A DNA stretch of 64,000 bases from Phycisphaerales bacterium. GTDB lineage: Bacteria > Planctomycetota > Phycisphaerae > Phycisphaerales > UBA5793. A model generated the notes under the pieces. That model saw only the letters and a program-made list of their open reading frames with translations. It was not told where the DNA came from and made no database searches. The translations under genes and the position numbers were made by a program. The DNA lies in assembly GCA_044229655.1 (NCBI GenBank), contig JBGASM010000002.1, positions 160,844 through 224,843 on the forward strand. Direction: 5' to 3'. Position 1 is the first letter of the stretch. Every line of letters begins with the position of its first letter. Positions 8,161 through 17,065 of this stretch are shown here, piece after piece.

Positions 8161-9099
8161 TCAGTCGACTTCCGGCGGATCTTCATCTCGATTGTTCCCG
8201 CTGAAACGTGCATTCGTCGTGCCTTCGCCGTTGAACGCGATGGAGCCGTCCGCGTTCTTGATGTAGCCCAGTTCCAGCGAGGTGAGGATCGACACATGAC
8301 CGTCGCAAAAGGCGACGACGGCCTTGTCCTGGTGCCTTTCATCCGGGCCTGAGCGGTGCTCGGGGGACGAAAGTTTGCTGTCTGCGAAATCGCTGTTGCT
8401 TGTGAGTCGGGGCGGATCCAGCGCGTATCCATGACCTCCGACGGCCAATCCTCCCGGTTCACGATCGCCATTGGCGAGATTACCCGTGCGCGCGACAGCA
8501 GGTTTGCCAGCCGCGGTTCCCAGGCAATCACCCGCCATGACCGTGTTTTCAAACGAGTCTATAGCGCCCATGCTGACCGGGTAGTTGATGAACCCACGAG
8601 TCTCGTCGTCTCCGCGGAAGCGCGTATTGCCCAGAAACTGATAGTTGTATCCGTATGAGCAGTTGCGCGTGCTGGTCCATGCAGGCGTCTCGGGGCAGAT
8701 GAAAGTCCGGTTGTCAAGCTGCTTGGAGTGTTCTTCCGCGCTTGTGACCTTGGACGGGTCCTGCTCGACGGTGGAAAAGGCGTAGATGCCGGATTTTGCA
8801 CCTAACAACACGTACCAGCGGGGTCGGTACACGAATCCATTTCCAACGTTGTAGACGTTCTTCGTCTCGTCGCTGTATCGCCCCGGCTGACCCGGAACCA
8901 CGTTGCCGCGATTGTCATTGGCAAAGAGCGCCCAACCAGCGGCGATTTGTCGGAGCTGACTTTGACAGGTTGTTCCACGGGCAGCTGACCGACTGTTCGA
9001 AAGAGCCGGCAGGAGCAACGCCACAATCAGAGCGATGATGGCGATGACCACCAGCAACTCGACCAGCGAAAAAGCCGAACGGCGTAAGGTGGCCTTCAT
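8161..9099 (-). CDS. prepilin-type N-terminal cleavage/methylation domain protein with H-X9-DG motif (DUF1559-like pseudopilin)
   Basis: [53 protein letters not shown], plus the C-terminal [14 protein letters not shown] (H-X9-DG). Start moved from 9276 to the ATG at 9099, directly before the prepilin leader. Confidence 0.85.
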   Translation of the reverse strand: MKATLRRSAFSLVELLVVIAIIALIVALLLPALSNSRSAARGTTCQSQLRQIAAGWALFANDNRGNVVPGQPGRYSDETKNVYNVGNGFVYRPRWYVLLGAKSGIYAFSTVEQDPSKVTSAEEHSKQLDNRTFICPETPAWTSTRNCSYGYNYQFLGNTRFRGDDETRGFINYPVSMGAIDSFENTVMAGDCLGTAAGKPAVARTGNLANGDREPGGLAVGGHGYALDPPRLTSNSDFADSKLSSPEHRSGPDERHQDKAVVAFCDGHVSILTSLELGYIKNADGSIAFNGEGTTNARFSGNNRDEDPPEVD

Positions 9100-9293
9100 G
9101 GTTGCTCCCTGAAGAATTTCTTCCTTGGCTCGATTTTCGGATCGAATTGCGGGACATCCGCATCTTCTGTAATGGCTCCGAGCAGTCGCCCCGACTGCAT
9201 GCGAACAAACCCTGAACCGCGCGGCTCTGGGCCCGCCGCCGTGCAATGCTAGGATATTGCCGGTTTGACCAGTCATTTATTGGGTGGATCACG

Positions 9294-10268
9294 ATGATCA
9301 TCGACCTTGAAACGCAGGCATGGACAAGCCTGGCTCAACTCGGGACAGATTCTGCAGACTCAGTCAAGGGAGCGGATGGGACTCCTCTGGGCGTGCCGGA
9401 TGGTTCTCCTGAGGCACACGATCGCGCCATGGCGTGCGTCGACGTCTCATTTGTGCTGGGTTTCCGGAGCGAGCAGACGGGCCGACATCTCTCTTCAGAG
9501 AGCGTCGCTGCGTTCGTTGCTGCCGCGCCGCATAAGCGGGTGGGCTTCATCGGAATTGACCCAATGTCACCCGATCCGATGGGTGATTTGGAGCGTGGAG
9601 TCTCGCTCGGACTTTCCGGCGTCGTGATCTCGCCGCAGATGCAGAACGTTCACCCGACCCACTCGCGCGCAATGCGTCTTTACGAGCGCTGCCAATCTCT
9701 CGGACTGCCGGTGATTGCGACCAACGCCGGCCCGCTCACCGCACGAGCAGTGCTGGAGTATGGTCGCCCGGCGGAATTTGACGAGGTGCTGCGTTCATTC
9801 CCCGGGCTCAAGCTGGTCATCGGCCACCTTGGGTTCCCGTGGATTGACGAAACTCTGGCCATCCTCGCGAAGCACCGGAATGCATTTGCCGACATCGCCG
9901 GCGTGGCCTCGCGCCCTTGGGGTCTGTACAACGCCCTGCTCTCGGCCATGGAATTCCGGGTGATGGATCGTCTGCTCTTCGCGTCGAATTTCCCCTTTGA
10001 TGCTCCTCAGGCCGTGATTGAACGCATCTACACGGTCAATTCCTTCACCCACGGTACGCAATTACCCTCAATACCGCGGCAGCAACTGCGCGGCATGATT
10101 GAGCGCGATTCCCTGGCTGCACTTGGCATTACCCGACCGAGTGGAGCATCGATCAGTCGTGGCGCATCGAGCGATCACGCTGCCGCGCGGATTGAGTCAA
10201 AGCGGCATGAGTGGGCTCCCGCAGCCATTCGTTCAGATGACGAATCGTTGCTGAGCGATGACCTGTGA
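9294..10268 (+). CDS. amidohydrolase-2 (TIM-barrel metal-dependent hydrolase) family protein
   Basis: LVIGHLGFPWIDETLAILAKHRNAFADIAG and LLFASNFPFD are typical of the Amidohydrolase_2 family. The N-terminus is MIIDLETQAW where the family usually has ID.H.H. The start at 9294 is chosen over the track start at 9246. Confidence 0.6.
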   Translation: MIIDLETQAWTSLAQLGTDSADSVKGADGTPLGVPDGSPEAHDRAMACVDVSFVLGFRSEQTGRHLSSESVAAFVAAAPHKRVGFIGIDPMSPDPMGDLERGVSLGLSGVVISPQMQNVHPTHSRAMRLYERCQSLGLPVIATNAGPLTARAVLEYGRPAEFDEVLRSFPGLKLVIGHLGFPWIDETLAILAKHRNAFADIAGVASRPWGLYNALLSAMEFRVMDRLLFASNFPFDAPQAVIERIYTVNSFTHGTQLPSIPRQQLRGMIERDSLAALGITRPSGASISRGASSDHAAARIESKRHEWAPAAIRSDDESLLSDDL

Positions 10269-10897
10269 GCATCGCCGTGACCAGGGTTCCGCTTCGAACC
10301 GTTTCGGCAGCTATTGCCGCCGCCTTGTCGCTTGTGCTGCTTCCAGGCTGCCGCCTCGGATCAATTCTCGGCGGAGGTGACTTTGTTGTCCGCTCGGCGG
10401 GCCCTGATCCGGCTCAGATGACCGTTGATGCGCGGACTTCTCTCTTTGCATTTCGCGACCCCGATTCGCTCACGCTCCTCATCAGCGACATCCCTCTTTC
10501 TGATCTGCAAAGCGGGCAGATCTCCACCGGCCAGGTCATTTGCCTCACTCTGCTCTGGAATCCTCAGGCGGGGTCCACGCCGATTGATTCCAATGCGACT
10601 AATTGCACCGTCCGCCAGGTGGTGTTCACGCCTGATGGGGTGGGCTTGTACGGAGGCGCCGGGTTCCTCTATCCCGGGGGTGATACGACGGAGAATCACA
10701 TCACCGGCACGATGGACGATTCCACGATGAGGCTCGTGGAGTCTTCGCCAGGCTTCGCAGACCTTCTGGGCACGGCGCGCGTCACCGGCGGCATCGCAGT
10801 TGAACGCGATGACTCAGGCGTGCGTGACGTCATGATCCAGGTCAACTCGGAAGTCAGTCGCCGACTGGGCCGCGTCTACTTCGCGCTTGGCGACTGA
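10265..10897 (+). CDS. hypothetical lipoprotein
   Basis: Signal peptide with a lipobox-like LVLLPGC. The GTG start overlaps the upstream stop (GTGA). I recognise no family. Confidence 0.5.
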   Translation: MSIAVTRVPLRTVSAAIAAALSLVLLPGCRLGSILGGGDFVVRSAGPDPAQMTVDARTSLFAFRDPDSLTLLISDIPLSDLQSGQISTGQVICLTLLWNPQAGSTPIDSNATNCTVRQVVFTPDGVGLYGGAGFLYPGGDTTENHITGTMDDSTMRLVESSPGFADLLGTARVTGGIAVERDDSGVRDVMIQVNSEVSRRLGRVYFALGD

Positions 10898-11649
10898 GCA
10901 GAGGTTTCTGTCGGAACAGGAAGCAGGTCCGCCTGCTTGAGCGACTGCGGAAGGCTTTCCAGCGTTCGCGCTGACGCAAGGTTGTACGGGCCGACTGCGG
11001 TGCGCGATAATTCGGCGAGGTATCCGCCTGTTCCCAGCGCGAGCCCCAGGTCTCGAGCCAGCGCGCGAATGTACACACCTTTGCCGCAATGCACGTCAAT
11101 CGTCGCGCGCGGGAAGTCGTAACCAATGAGGTCAATTCCGTAAATAGTCACTTCGCGCGGGCGGAGCGCCACCGCATCACCCCGCCGAGCAAGCCGATAG
11201 GAACAAATCCCGCCGACCTTGAGCGCTGAGTAGATGGGCGGGGATTGCACGACTCGCCCTGTGAATGACCGCAAGGCGCACTCGACTGCTTCGCGCGGAG
11301 GGGCGTCGCACATTACAGGCGTGATCTCGCCTTCGCCGTCGTCAGTGTTGCTGCGGGCGGAAAGGTCAACCACTGCGCGATAGCGTTTGTCCATCGCCAT
11401 CACCCGCTCCACGGCCTTAGTCGCCTTTCCGACGCACAAAATCAAAACGCCGGTCGCCAGTGGGTCGAGCGTGCCGGCATGGCCGGTCTTGACATCGCCG
11501 GCGCGACGGCGCACGATGCGTACGACGGTCGCAGACGTGAGTCCCAGCGGCTTGGTGATCACAAGGAGCCCGCTGAGCGGGCTGGTGTCCGCGCCCGAGT
11601 CGCTGGGGCCGGCCATCGACGATTGCGTAGGGGGTGCCAACACGCTCAA
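10876..11649 (-). CDS. truB: tRNA pseudouridine(55) synthase
   Basis: GLLVITKPLGLTSATVVRIVRR...KTGHAGTLDPLATGVLILCVGKATK carries the TruB catalytic Asp motif. An alternative ATG start lies at 11616. Confidence 0.9.
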   Translation of the reverse strand: MSVLAPPTQSSMAGPSDSGADTSPLSGLLVITKPLGLTSATVVRIVRRRAGDVKTGHAGTLDPLATGVLILCVGKATKAVERVMAMDKRYRAVVDLSARSNTDDGEGEITPVMCDAPPREAVECALRSFTGRVVQSPPIYSALKVGGICSYRLARRGDAVALRPREVTIYGIDLIGYDFPRATIDVHCGKGVYIRALARDLGLALGTGGYLAELSRTAVGPYNLASARTLESLPQSLKQADLLPVPTETSAQSPSAK

Positions 11650-11697
11650 TCGTAGTGGGTTCGCCCCCTTTATCAGAACTCAGATTGCACACTACCA

Positions 11698-13431
11698 TTG
11701 CTCAGCATGCAGCCTTCGGTGTTCGACCAGCGTCGTTATCTCATCCCCTTTCGTTCCGGTCTGTTGCCGCAGATTTACTGCGACACGCTCGTCATCGGGA
11801 CCGGCGTGGCCGGATTGCGGGCCGCGCTCGCCGCAGCACAGCATGGCGAGGTCATCTTGGTATCGAAATCCGAGATCACACGCTCAAGTACCGCCTGGGC
11901 ACAGGGGGGGGTTGCCGCCGTCCTCGACATTGACCCAACCCACCTTCTCGGGCATGTGCAGGACACGCTGGAGGCCGGCGTCGGATTGTGCAGTGAGGAT
12001 GTGGTCCGCCAGGTTGTGAATGGTGCCAAGTCTTGCATCGAGGAACTCCTCGAGTGGGGGATGCAGTTTGATCTCGATGCTAATGGGCGCGTCGCTCTGG
12101 GGTTGGAAGGTGGGCATCATGTCGCGCGCATCCTTCATTCCCATGGCGATGCAACAGGCAAGGAGATGGTGCGCTGCCTCATCGAGAGGGTCCGCAGCAC
12201 GCCCGGGATCCGCGTGTTCGACAATTGCTTCGCCCTCGATCTGCTGACTTCCGGCGATGGCGACGACGCAGCAGTGCGCGGCGCACTGACCCATCACCCG
12301 AAACACCGCCTGCAGATCATCTGGGCCGCGTCCACGATTCTCGCCACCGGAGGGGCGGGCCAGGTATATCGCGAGACAACCAATCCCCCGGTCGTGACCG
12401 GCGATGGAATTGCCATGGCCTACCGAGCAGGTGCGGTCGCCGCGGATATGGCGTTTGTGCAGTTTCACCCGACAACGCTCTACGTGGCCGGCGCCGAGCG
12501 CTCGCTCATCAGCGAGGCCGTGCGCGGCGAGGGCGCGTACCTGCTCGATCGGCGCGGTCATCGCTTCATGGAGGGTCGCCATGAAATGGCGGAACTCGCG
12601 CCGCGCGATGTCGTGAGCCGCAACATCGTGCAGCATCTGGTCGAGACCGGCGATACGCATGTATTTCTGGATTGCAGGCATTTCCGGCCCAACTTCTTCG
12701 CCGAGAGATTTCCATCCATTGCAGCGCAACTGGCGCGCTTCGACATTGACCCCGAACACGACCTGATTCCCGTCAACCCCAGCGCTCACTACACAATCGG
12801 CGGAGTGGCTGTCGACAAGGCGGGTCAGACGTCCCTGCGCGGCTTGTTCGCCGTCGGCGAGACATCGATGAGCGGTTTGCACGGAGCCAACCGCCTCGCA
12901 AGCAACAGCCTGCTGGAAGGATTGGTGTACGGAGAAATAGCCGGACGCGCCGCGGCGCTCTTGGCGCGCGGTGGTGGTGGCCAGGGCGGAATCCGTGAGG
13001 CGCGAAAGATCGTCAGTGAAATTCCCGCGAGCCAGCGCGGCGAACTGGATCTCGCTGATGTGCGTTCCAGCCTGCGCAGCGTGATGTGGAAGCACCTTGG
13101 TGTCCTGCGCGACCAGACGCACATGGACGATGTGCGCGAGATGATCGACTTCTGGGGGCGTTACACCCTCGACAAGGTTTTCGAGGACCCGCTCGGGTGG
13201 GAAGTGCAGAACATGCTCACAGTCGCGTCATTGATCTGCGACAGCGCCCGTTGGCGGCGCGAAAGTCGCGGGACCCACCACCGGGCCGATTGCGCTTCAC
13301 CTCGGGAAGAGTACCGCTGCCACGACCTGTGGAAGCGCGGCGCAGACTCACCGATTCTGTCGCCGGTTCCCGCGGCGGATACGACCCAGCAGCGCGGGTT
13401 AACTTCGGTTTCAATGATGTCAGCACAGTAA
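11698..13431 (+). CDS. nadB: L-aspartate oxidase
   Basis: FAD-binding DTLVIGTGVAGLRAALAAA, then AQGGVAAVL, RGEGAYLLD and GLHGANRLASNSLLEGLVYG. An alternative ATG start lies at 11707. Confidence 0.9.
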   Translation: MLSMQPSVFDQRRYLIPFRSGLLPQIYCDTLVIGTGVAGLRAALAAAQHGEVILVSKSEITRSSTAWAQGGVAAVLDIDPTHLLGHVQDTLEAGVGLCSEDVVRQVVNGAKSCIEELLEWGMQFDLDANGRVALGLEGGHHVARILHSHGDATGKEMVRCLIERVRSTPGIRVFDNCFALDLLTSGDGDDAAVRGALTHHPKHRLQIIWAASTILATGGAGQVYRETTNPPVVTGDGIAMAYRAGAVAADMAFVQFHPTTLYVAGAERSLISEAVRGEGAYLLDRRGHRFMEGRHEMAELAPRDVVSRNIVQHLVETGDTHVFLDCRHFRPNFFAERFPSIAAQLARFDIDPEHDLIPVNPSAHYTIGGVAVDKAGQTSLRGLFAVGETSMSGLHGANRLASNSLLEGLVYGEIAGRAAALLARGGGGQGGIREARKIVSEIPASQRGELDLADVRSSLRSVMWKHLGVLRDQTHMDDVREMIDFWGRYTLDKVFEDPLGWEVQNMLTVASLICDSARWRRESRGTHHRADCASPREEYRCHDLWKRGADSPILSPVPAADTTQQRGLTSVSMMSAQ

Positions 13432-13437
13432 CCGGTC

Positions 13438-14025
13438 ATGCCAAGACTCGAGATCATCTTCCTGGTGTGCATACCTGTCATGTGCGTTTCGCTTGGGTGC
13501 GATTCGCAGGAACGCGTCGTGCGGGCCGATGGATCAACCGGCGATTGGGTCGCGCGCGGGACCACCGAAAAGGCGCAAAGTGACTTTTTCGCCCCATTTC
13601 GGGGGAAGACCTCAACAGAAGCGGAGGCTGACCAGACTGCGCCCACCACGACATTGGATGACGGTACCGTGGTGCTCAACTGCATCCTGCCTGACAACCT
13701 CATTAGTCACTTGCGCAATTGCCTGATTGAGGGGAACTATGAAGCGCTCTACGAGCAGTTGGTCGCCCAACATACAAAAGACGTGTATGTCCAGAAGGGC
13801 GAAGACCCCACCGTCATGATTGAGTGGTTCAAGGAAAACCGCCGCGACTTGCTCGTATTGCTCAACCGAATGTCGCTGGGCGCCATGTCTCCCAATACCA
13901 CCTTTGAACAGGCGGGGGACATTTACTCTCTGGCTCTCATCCCCCAACTGGCCAAAGACCAGAAGTTTGGTCGGATCGACATGATTCGGCAGGACCGGCA
14001 GTTCCGCCTGCTCATGATTGAGTGA
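13438..14025 (+). CDS. hypothetical lipoprotein
   Basis: Signal peptide ending in the lipobox VSLGC. I recognise no family. Two 60-nt lines I hand-counted here gave 31/60 G+C each, lower than the housekeeping lines I counted. Confidence 0.5.
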   Translation: MPRLEIIFLVCIPVMCVSLGCDSQERVVRADGSTGDWVARGTTEKAQSDFFAPFRGKTSTEAEADQTAPTTTLDDGTVVLNCILPDNLISHLRNCLIEGNYEALYEQLVAQHTKDVYVQKGEDPTVMIEWFKENRRDLLVLLNRMSLGAMSPNTTFEQAGDIYSLALIPQLAKDQKFGRIDMIRQDRQFRLLMIE

Positions 14026-14039
14026 GAACCTCTAGTCGA

Positions 14040-15407
14040 TTAGAACGCGAACCGGTATTGAGTGACGTTGCTCACTTTGCATGTCCCCAATTCAACAGCC
14101 TGAATGAAAAGTGTCCGGCTCTTCGCCGCTGCGGGCACAAATGCAGTCACACGTGCGACGCCGTCCGAGTCCGCCAGCGCCGTGCCGATGGCGACCGCGC
14201 TGCGAATGTCGTAGCGCTCGCCTGAGCATCCGGGAATGTTGGTTGATCCGCGCGCGAGCCCGTACACGAAGCGCACGGTTGCACCCGGAGTCGCGCCGCG
14301 CACATGAATTGTGTTATTCTGGGCAGAGCGTCCTGGTCGCGGAGCCGTCACGCCGATGCTCCCCGGGACAGGCGAAGCGAGGAACGCGTGATACTCCCCG
14401 TTGACCACGCCGCTGCCTGCGACCTGTCCGGCGTCGTTTACATCTCGCGCCGACTGCAGATTCCACGGACTGGGCCAGTCAATGAGCTCATTCAAGTCAT
14501 ACACCCAGCCGTTCTCCCAGATCGCGGCACGCGTGTAATCGTCGCCGGGCCCGAGCCCGTGACCCCCGTGATACGAATTTCCAGCTGCGAGACCATTGTT
14601 GTTGATTGCGTAGCCGTTGCTGTAGGTGTCGTAGGGAAGCTGTCCCAGATAGCCGAAATTCCCATTCGCATACGCAAACGCCTTCGACGGTACATTGTTC
14701 TGCCCGACAATTGAACCGCCGTCGTTGATGTCATTTCCCGGCGAATAGGCGTTGTTGAGCAGACCCAGGTCCGTCGCGTTGCCGGTGCCGTCCCAGATCG
14801 CCAGGTGGGCGTTGCCCCCCGTCGGGTAGGCATATCCCGTCACAACGTTGAGGTCATTGATCCCCCGGCCTTCGGTATCGATCCCGCCGGCGATGGGCTG
14901 CAGGATCGTGAAGGCATTGTTGTGCCAGATGAATCCGCGATAGTCCCCGCTCGCAGTCTTGGACTGGCCGACAATCCAACCGTTGTTGTTGATCGCCAGC
15001 GCTTTGCTGAAATTGCCCCCCAGCGTTCCCAGGTCGCTCATCACTCCGTTTCGCCACCGAAACGCATGCTCAACCGAGCCGAATCCAGAGACAACGTCAG
15101 CCGTGCCGACGATTTCTCCTTGATTGTTGATGTCATAGGCGGTGGACTCCCCGCCCGTCATGAGTGTTCCCAGATCCGTCATCACGCCGTTGCGCCAGAC
15201 GAACGCATGCACGTCGTAATTGCCGGTCTGATACAGCGAGTAGCCCACGACATCTCCCTGCTCGTTGAGGCCGTAGGCCTCAGAGATGTCTCCAGTACCC
15301 AACGTTCCCAGGTCTGTGATCACATAGTGCTGAGCCAGCGCGTGCTGCACGAGCGTCGAAAACCCGGCAATGGCAAACGCATGCGCGACCTGCGAAATCG
15401 AGGGCAT
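14040..15407 (-). CDS. HAF-family extracellular repeat protein
   Basis: About eight tandem repeats of about 40 aa, of the form ..A.GIN..G.VVG......G..HAF.W.NG.M.DLGTLGG (for example YDVHAFVWRNGVMTDLGTL and VEHAFRWRNGVMSDLGTLGG). An N-terminal signal peptide is present. Confidence 0.8.
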   Translation of the reverse strand: MPSISQVAHAFAIAGFSTLVQHALAQHYVITDLGTLGTGDISEAYGLNEQGDVVGYSLYQTGNYDVHAFVWRNGVMTDLGTLMTGGESTAYDINNQGEIVGTADVVSGFGSVEHAFRWRNGVMSDLGTLGGNFSKALAINNNGWIVGQSKTASGDYRGFIWHNNAFTILQPIAGGIDTEGRGINDLNVVTGYAYPTGGNAHLAIWDGTGNATDLGLLNNAYSPGNDINDGGSIVGQNNVPSKAFAYANGNFGYLGQLPYDTYSNGYAINNNGLAAGNSYHGGHGLGPGDDYTRAAIWENGWVYDLNELIDWPSPWNLQSARDVNDAGQVAGSGVVNGEYHAFLASPVPGSIGVTAPRPGRSAQNNTIHVRGATPGATVRFVYGLARGSTNIPGCSGERYDIRSAVAIGTALADSDGVARVTAFVPAAAKSRTLFIQAVELGTCKVSNVTQYRFAF

Positions 15408-15550
15408 CTTCTCTCTCCTGCAAATGCGGCGGATCCGTATGGTTGAGACCTTAACTCAATGTCCCATTCGTCACCGATTCGTAGGCACTCCGGCAGGAAA
15501 AGTCGCCCCCGTCAACATTCAATTGACCGCAGAACCATCCATTCCCAGCC

Positions 15551-17062
15551 ATGCGACGAGCCCGCCCCGTGCCCTCCTACCTCCGACCACTAGTCTCTCT
15601 TGCGTTCGTGCTCGCCCTTCTTATCGTTGTTCCGCTTCTCCTGCAGCCGAAGCGGACCGGAGCAGACCCCTCCAGCCGGCGTCTCATTGTCATCACTCCG
15701 CACAATGAGCAGATCCGCTTCGAATTCGGGCGCGGCTTTGATCTCTGGCATCGCGCTAAGTATGGATCATCTGTGACCATCGAATGGCGCACGCCCGGGG
15801 GCACTTCCGAGATCCGTCGCCAACTTATCGCCGAATACGAAGCGGCCGCGCGTGATGGTCGACTCGCCCTGATGAACTACGACCTGCTCTTTGGCGGTGG
15901 TTCTTTCGAGCACGCGCAGATTGCGCAGAGCCGGACCATGACAGACGCTCTGGGCGCGACGGGTTCCTACACCATTTCCGAGCCGGTCGACTTCCCCGCT
16001 CAGATGCTCTCCGAGTGGTACGGCGAGAATCGGATCGGCCGCAACACGCTCTACGACCCAAACCGCCATTGGTTTGGTACCGCACTATCCGGATTCGGCA
16101 TCGTGTTTAATCGCGATGTGCTCGCCGCACACGATCTGCCCCCGCCCACCACCTGGGATGACCTTGCGAACCCACGCCTTGCCGGGCTCATCGCCCTGGC
16201 CGACCCCACCCGCTCCGGCTCGGTCGCTACAACCTTTGAGGTCATTCTCCAGCGTGAGGGTTGGGTCGAGGGATGGACCATGCTTCGCGCCGCCTCCGCC
16301 AACAGCCGCTACTTCTCCGATTCAGCCAGCAAGGTGGTGATTGACGTGTCGGCAGGTGAAGCCGCAATTGGCACCTGCATCGACTTCTACGGTCGGTTGC
16401 AGACCCAAAGCCTGGCTGACGCTGGGTATGACCGCCTCGGCTATGTGGACCCGCCTGGTCTCTCTGACATCGACCCTGACCCGGTGAGTCTGCTGACCGG
16501 TGCGCCTCACCGCGACTTGGCGCTCCGTTTCATCGAGTTCTGCCTGAGCGCAGATGGTCAGGCGCTTTGGCAGTTCCCCCGCCGCTCAGCCGACAAGGAA
16601 CTGGGCCCGGAGCGCTTTGAATTACGACGCCTGCCGATTCGGCGCATGATGTACTCCCAGTATTCTGGAAACTTCATTGACAGAGTCGACCCCTTCGCCC
16701 TGGCCCGACCAGTCGAGTCCTGGAGTCCGGACTATCGTGCGGTCCTGACTGTCCTCTTCCCGGCGATGGTTCTGGATACTCATGATGATCTGCGGGCGGC
16801 ATGGAGCGTCCTTGGCCGCGCCCGAGCGGCGGACCATCCCGCGCTTGCGAAGATGGAATCGCTCTTTATTGAATTCCCTAAGGTCACGCTGGCGGACGGC
16901 TCGATGGTGTCCCTTGCCGAAACGAGTTCACTTCCCTTGCTCCGTGCCCGTTGGAAGGAAACCCCGGCGCTGCGCGATGCGGATCGCCGCGATTGGACGA
17001 TCTTTTACCGGAATCATTATCGCGACGTAGTGCGTCTTGCCGAAGAAGGTCAGACGCACTGA
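15551..17062 (+). CDS. extracellular solute-binding protein (ABC-type, iron(III)/polyamine-like family)
   Basis: An N-terminal TM/signal segment is followed by VITPHNEQIRFEFGRGF..., GGGSF and GFGIVFNRDVL..., which resembles family-1 periplasmic binding proteins. No permease or ATPase gene is adjacent. Confidence 0.55.
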   Translation: MRRARPVPSYLRPLVSLAFVLALLIVVPLLLQPKRTGADPSSRRLIVITPHNEQIRFEFGRGFDLWHRAKYGSSVTIEWRTPGGTSEIRRQLIAEYEAAARDGRLALMNYDLLFGGGSFEHAQIAQSRTMTDALGATGSYTISEPVDFPAQMLSEWYGENRIGRNTLYDPNRHWFGTALSGFGIVFNRDVLAAHDLPPPTTWDDLANPRLAGLIALADPTRSGSVATTFEVILQREGWVEGWTMLRAASANSRYFSDSASKVVIDVSAGEAAIGTCIDFYGRLQTQSLADAGYDRLGYVDPPGLSDIDPDPVSLLTGAPHRDLALRFIEFCLSADGQALWQFPRRSADKELGPERFELRRLPIRRMMYSQYSGNFIDRVDPFALARPVESWSPDYRAVLTVLFPAMVLDTHDDLRAAWSVLGRARAADHPALAKMESLFIEFPKVTLADGSMVSLAETSSLPLLRARWKETPALRDADRRDWTIFYRNHYRDVVRLAEEGQTH

Positions 17063-17065
17063 CCT

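Noticed and set aside
11884-13122. 412-aa minus-strand ORF inside nadB
   Set aside because: It is antisense to a confidently identified L-aspartate oxidase and has no recognisable motifs. It is a shadow ORF.
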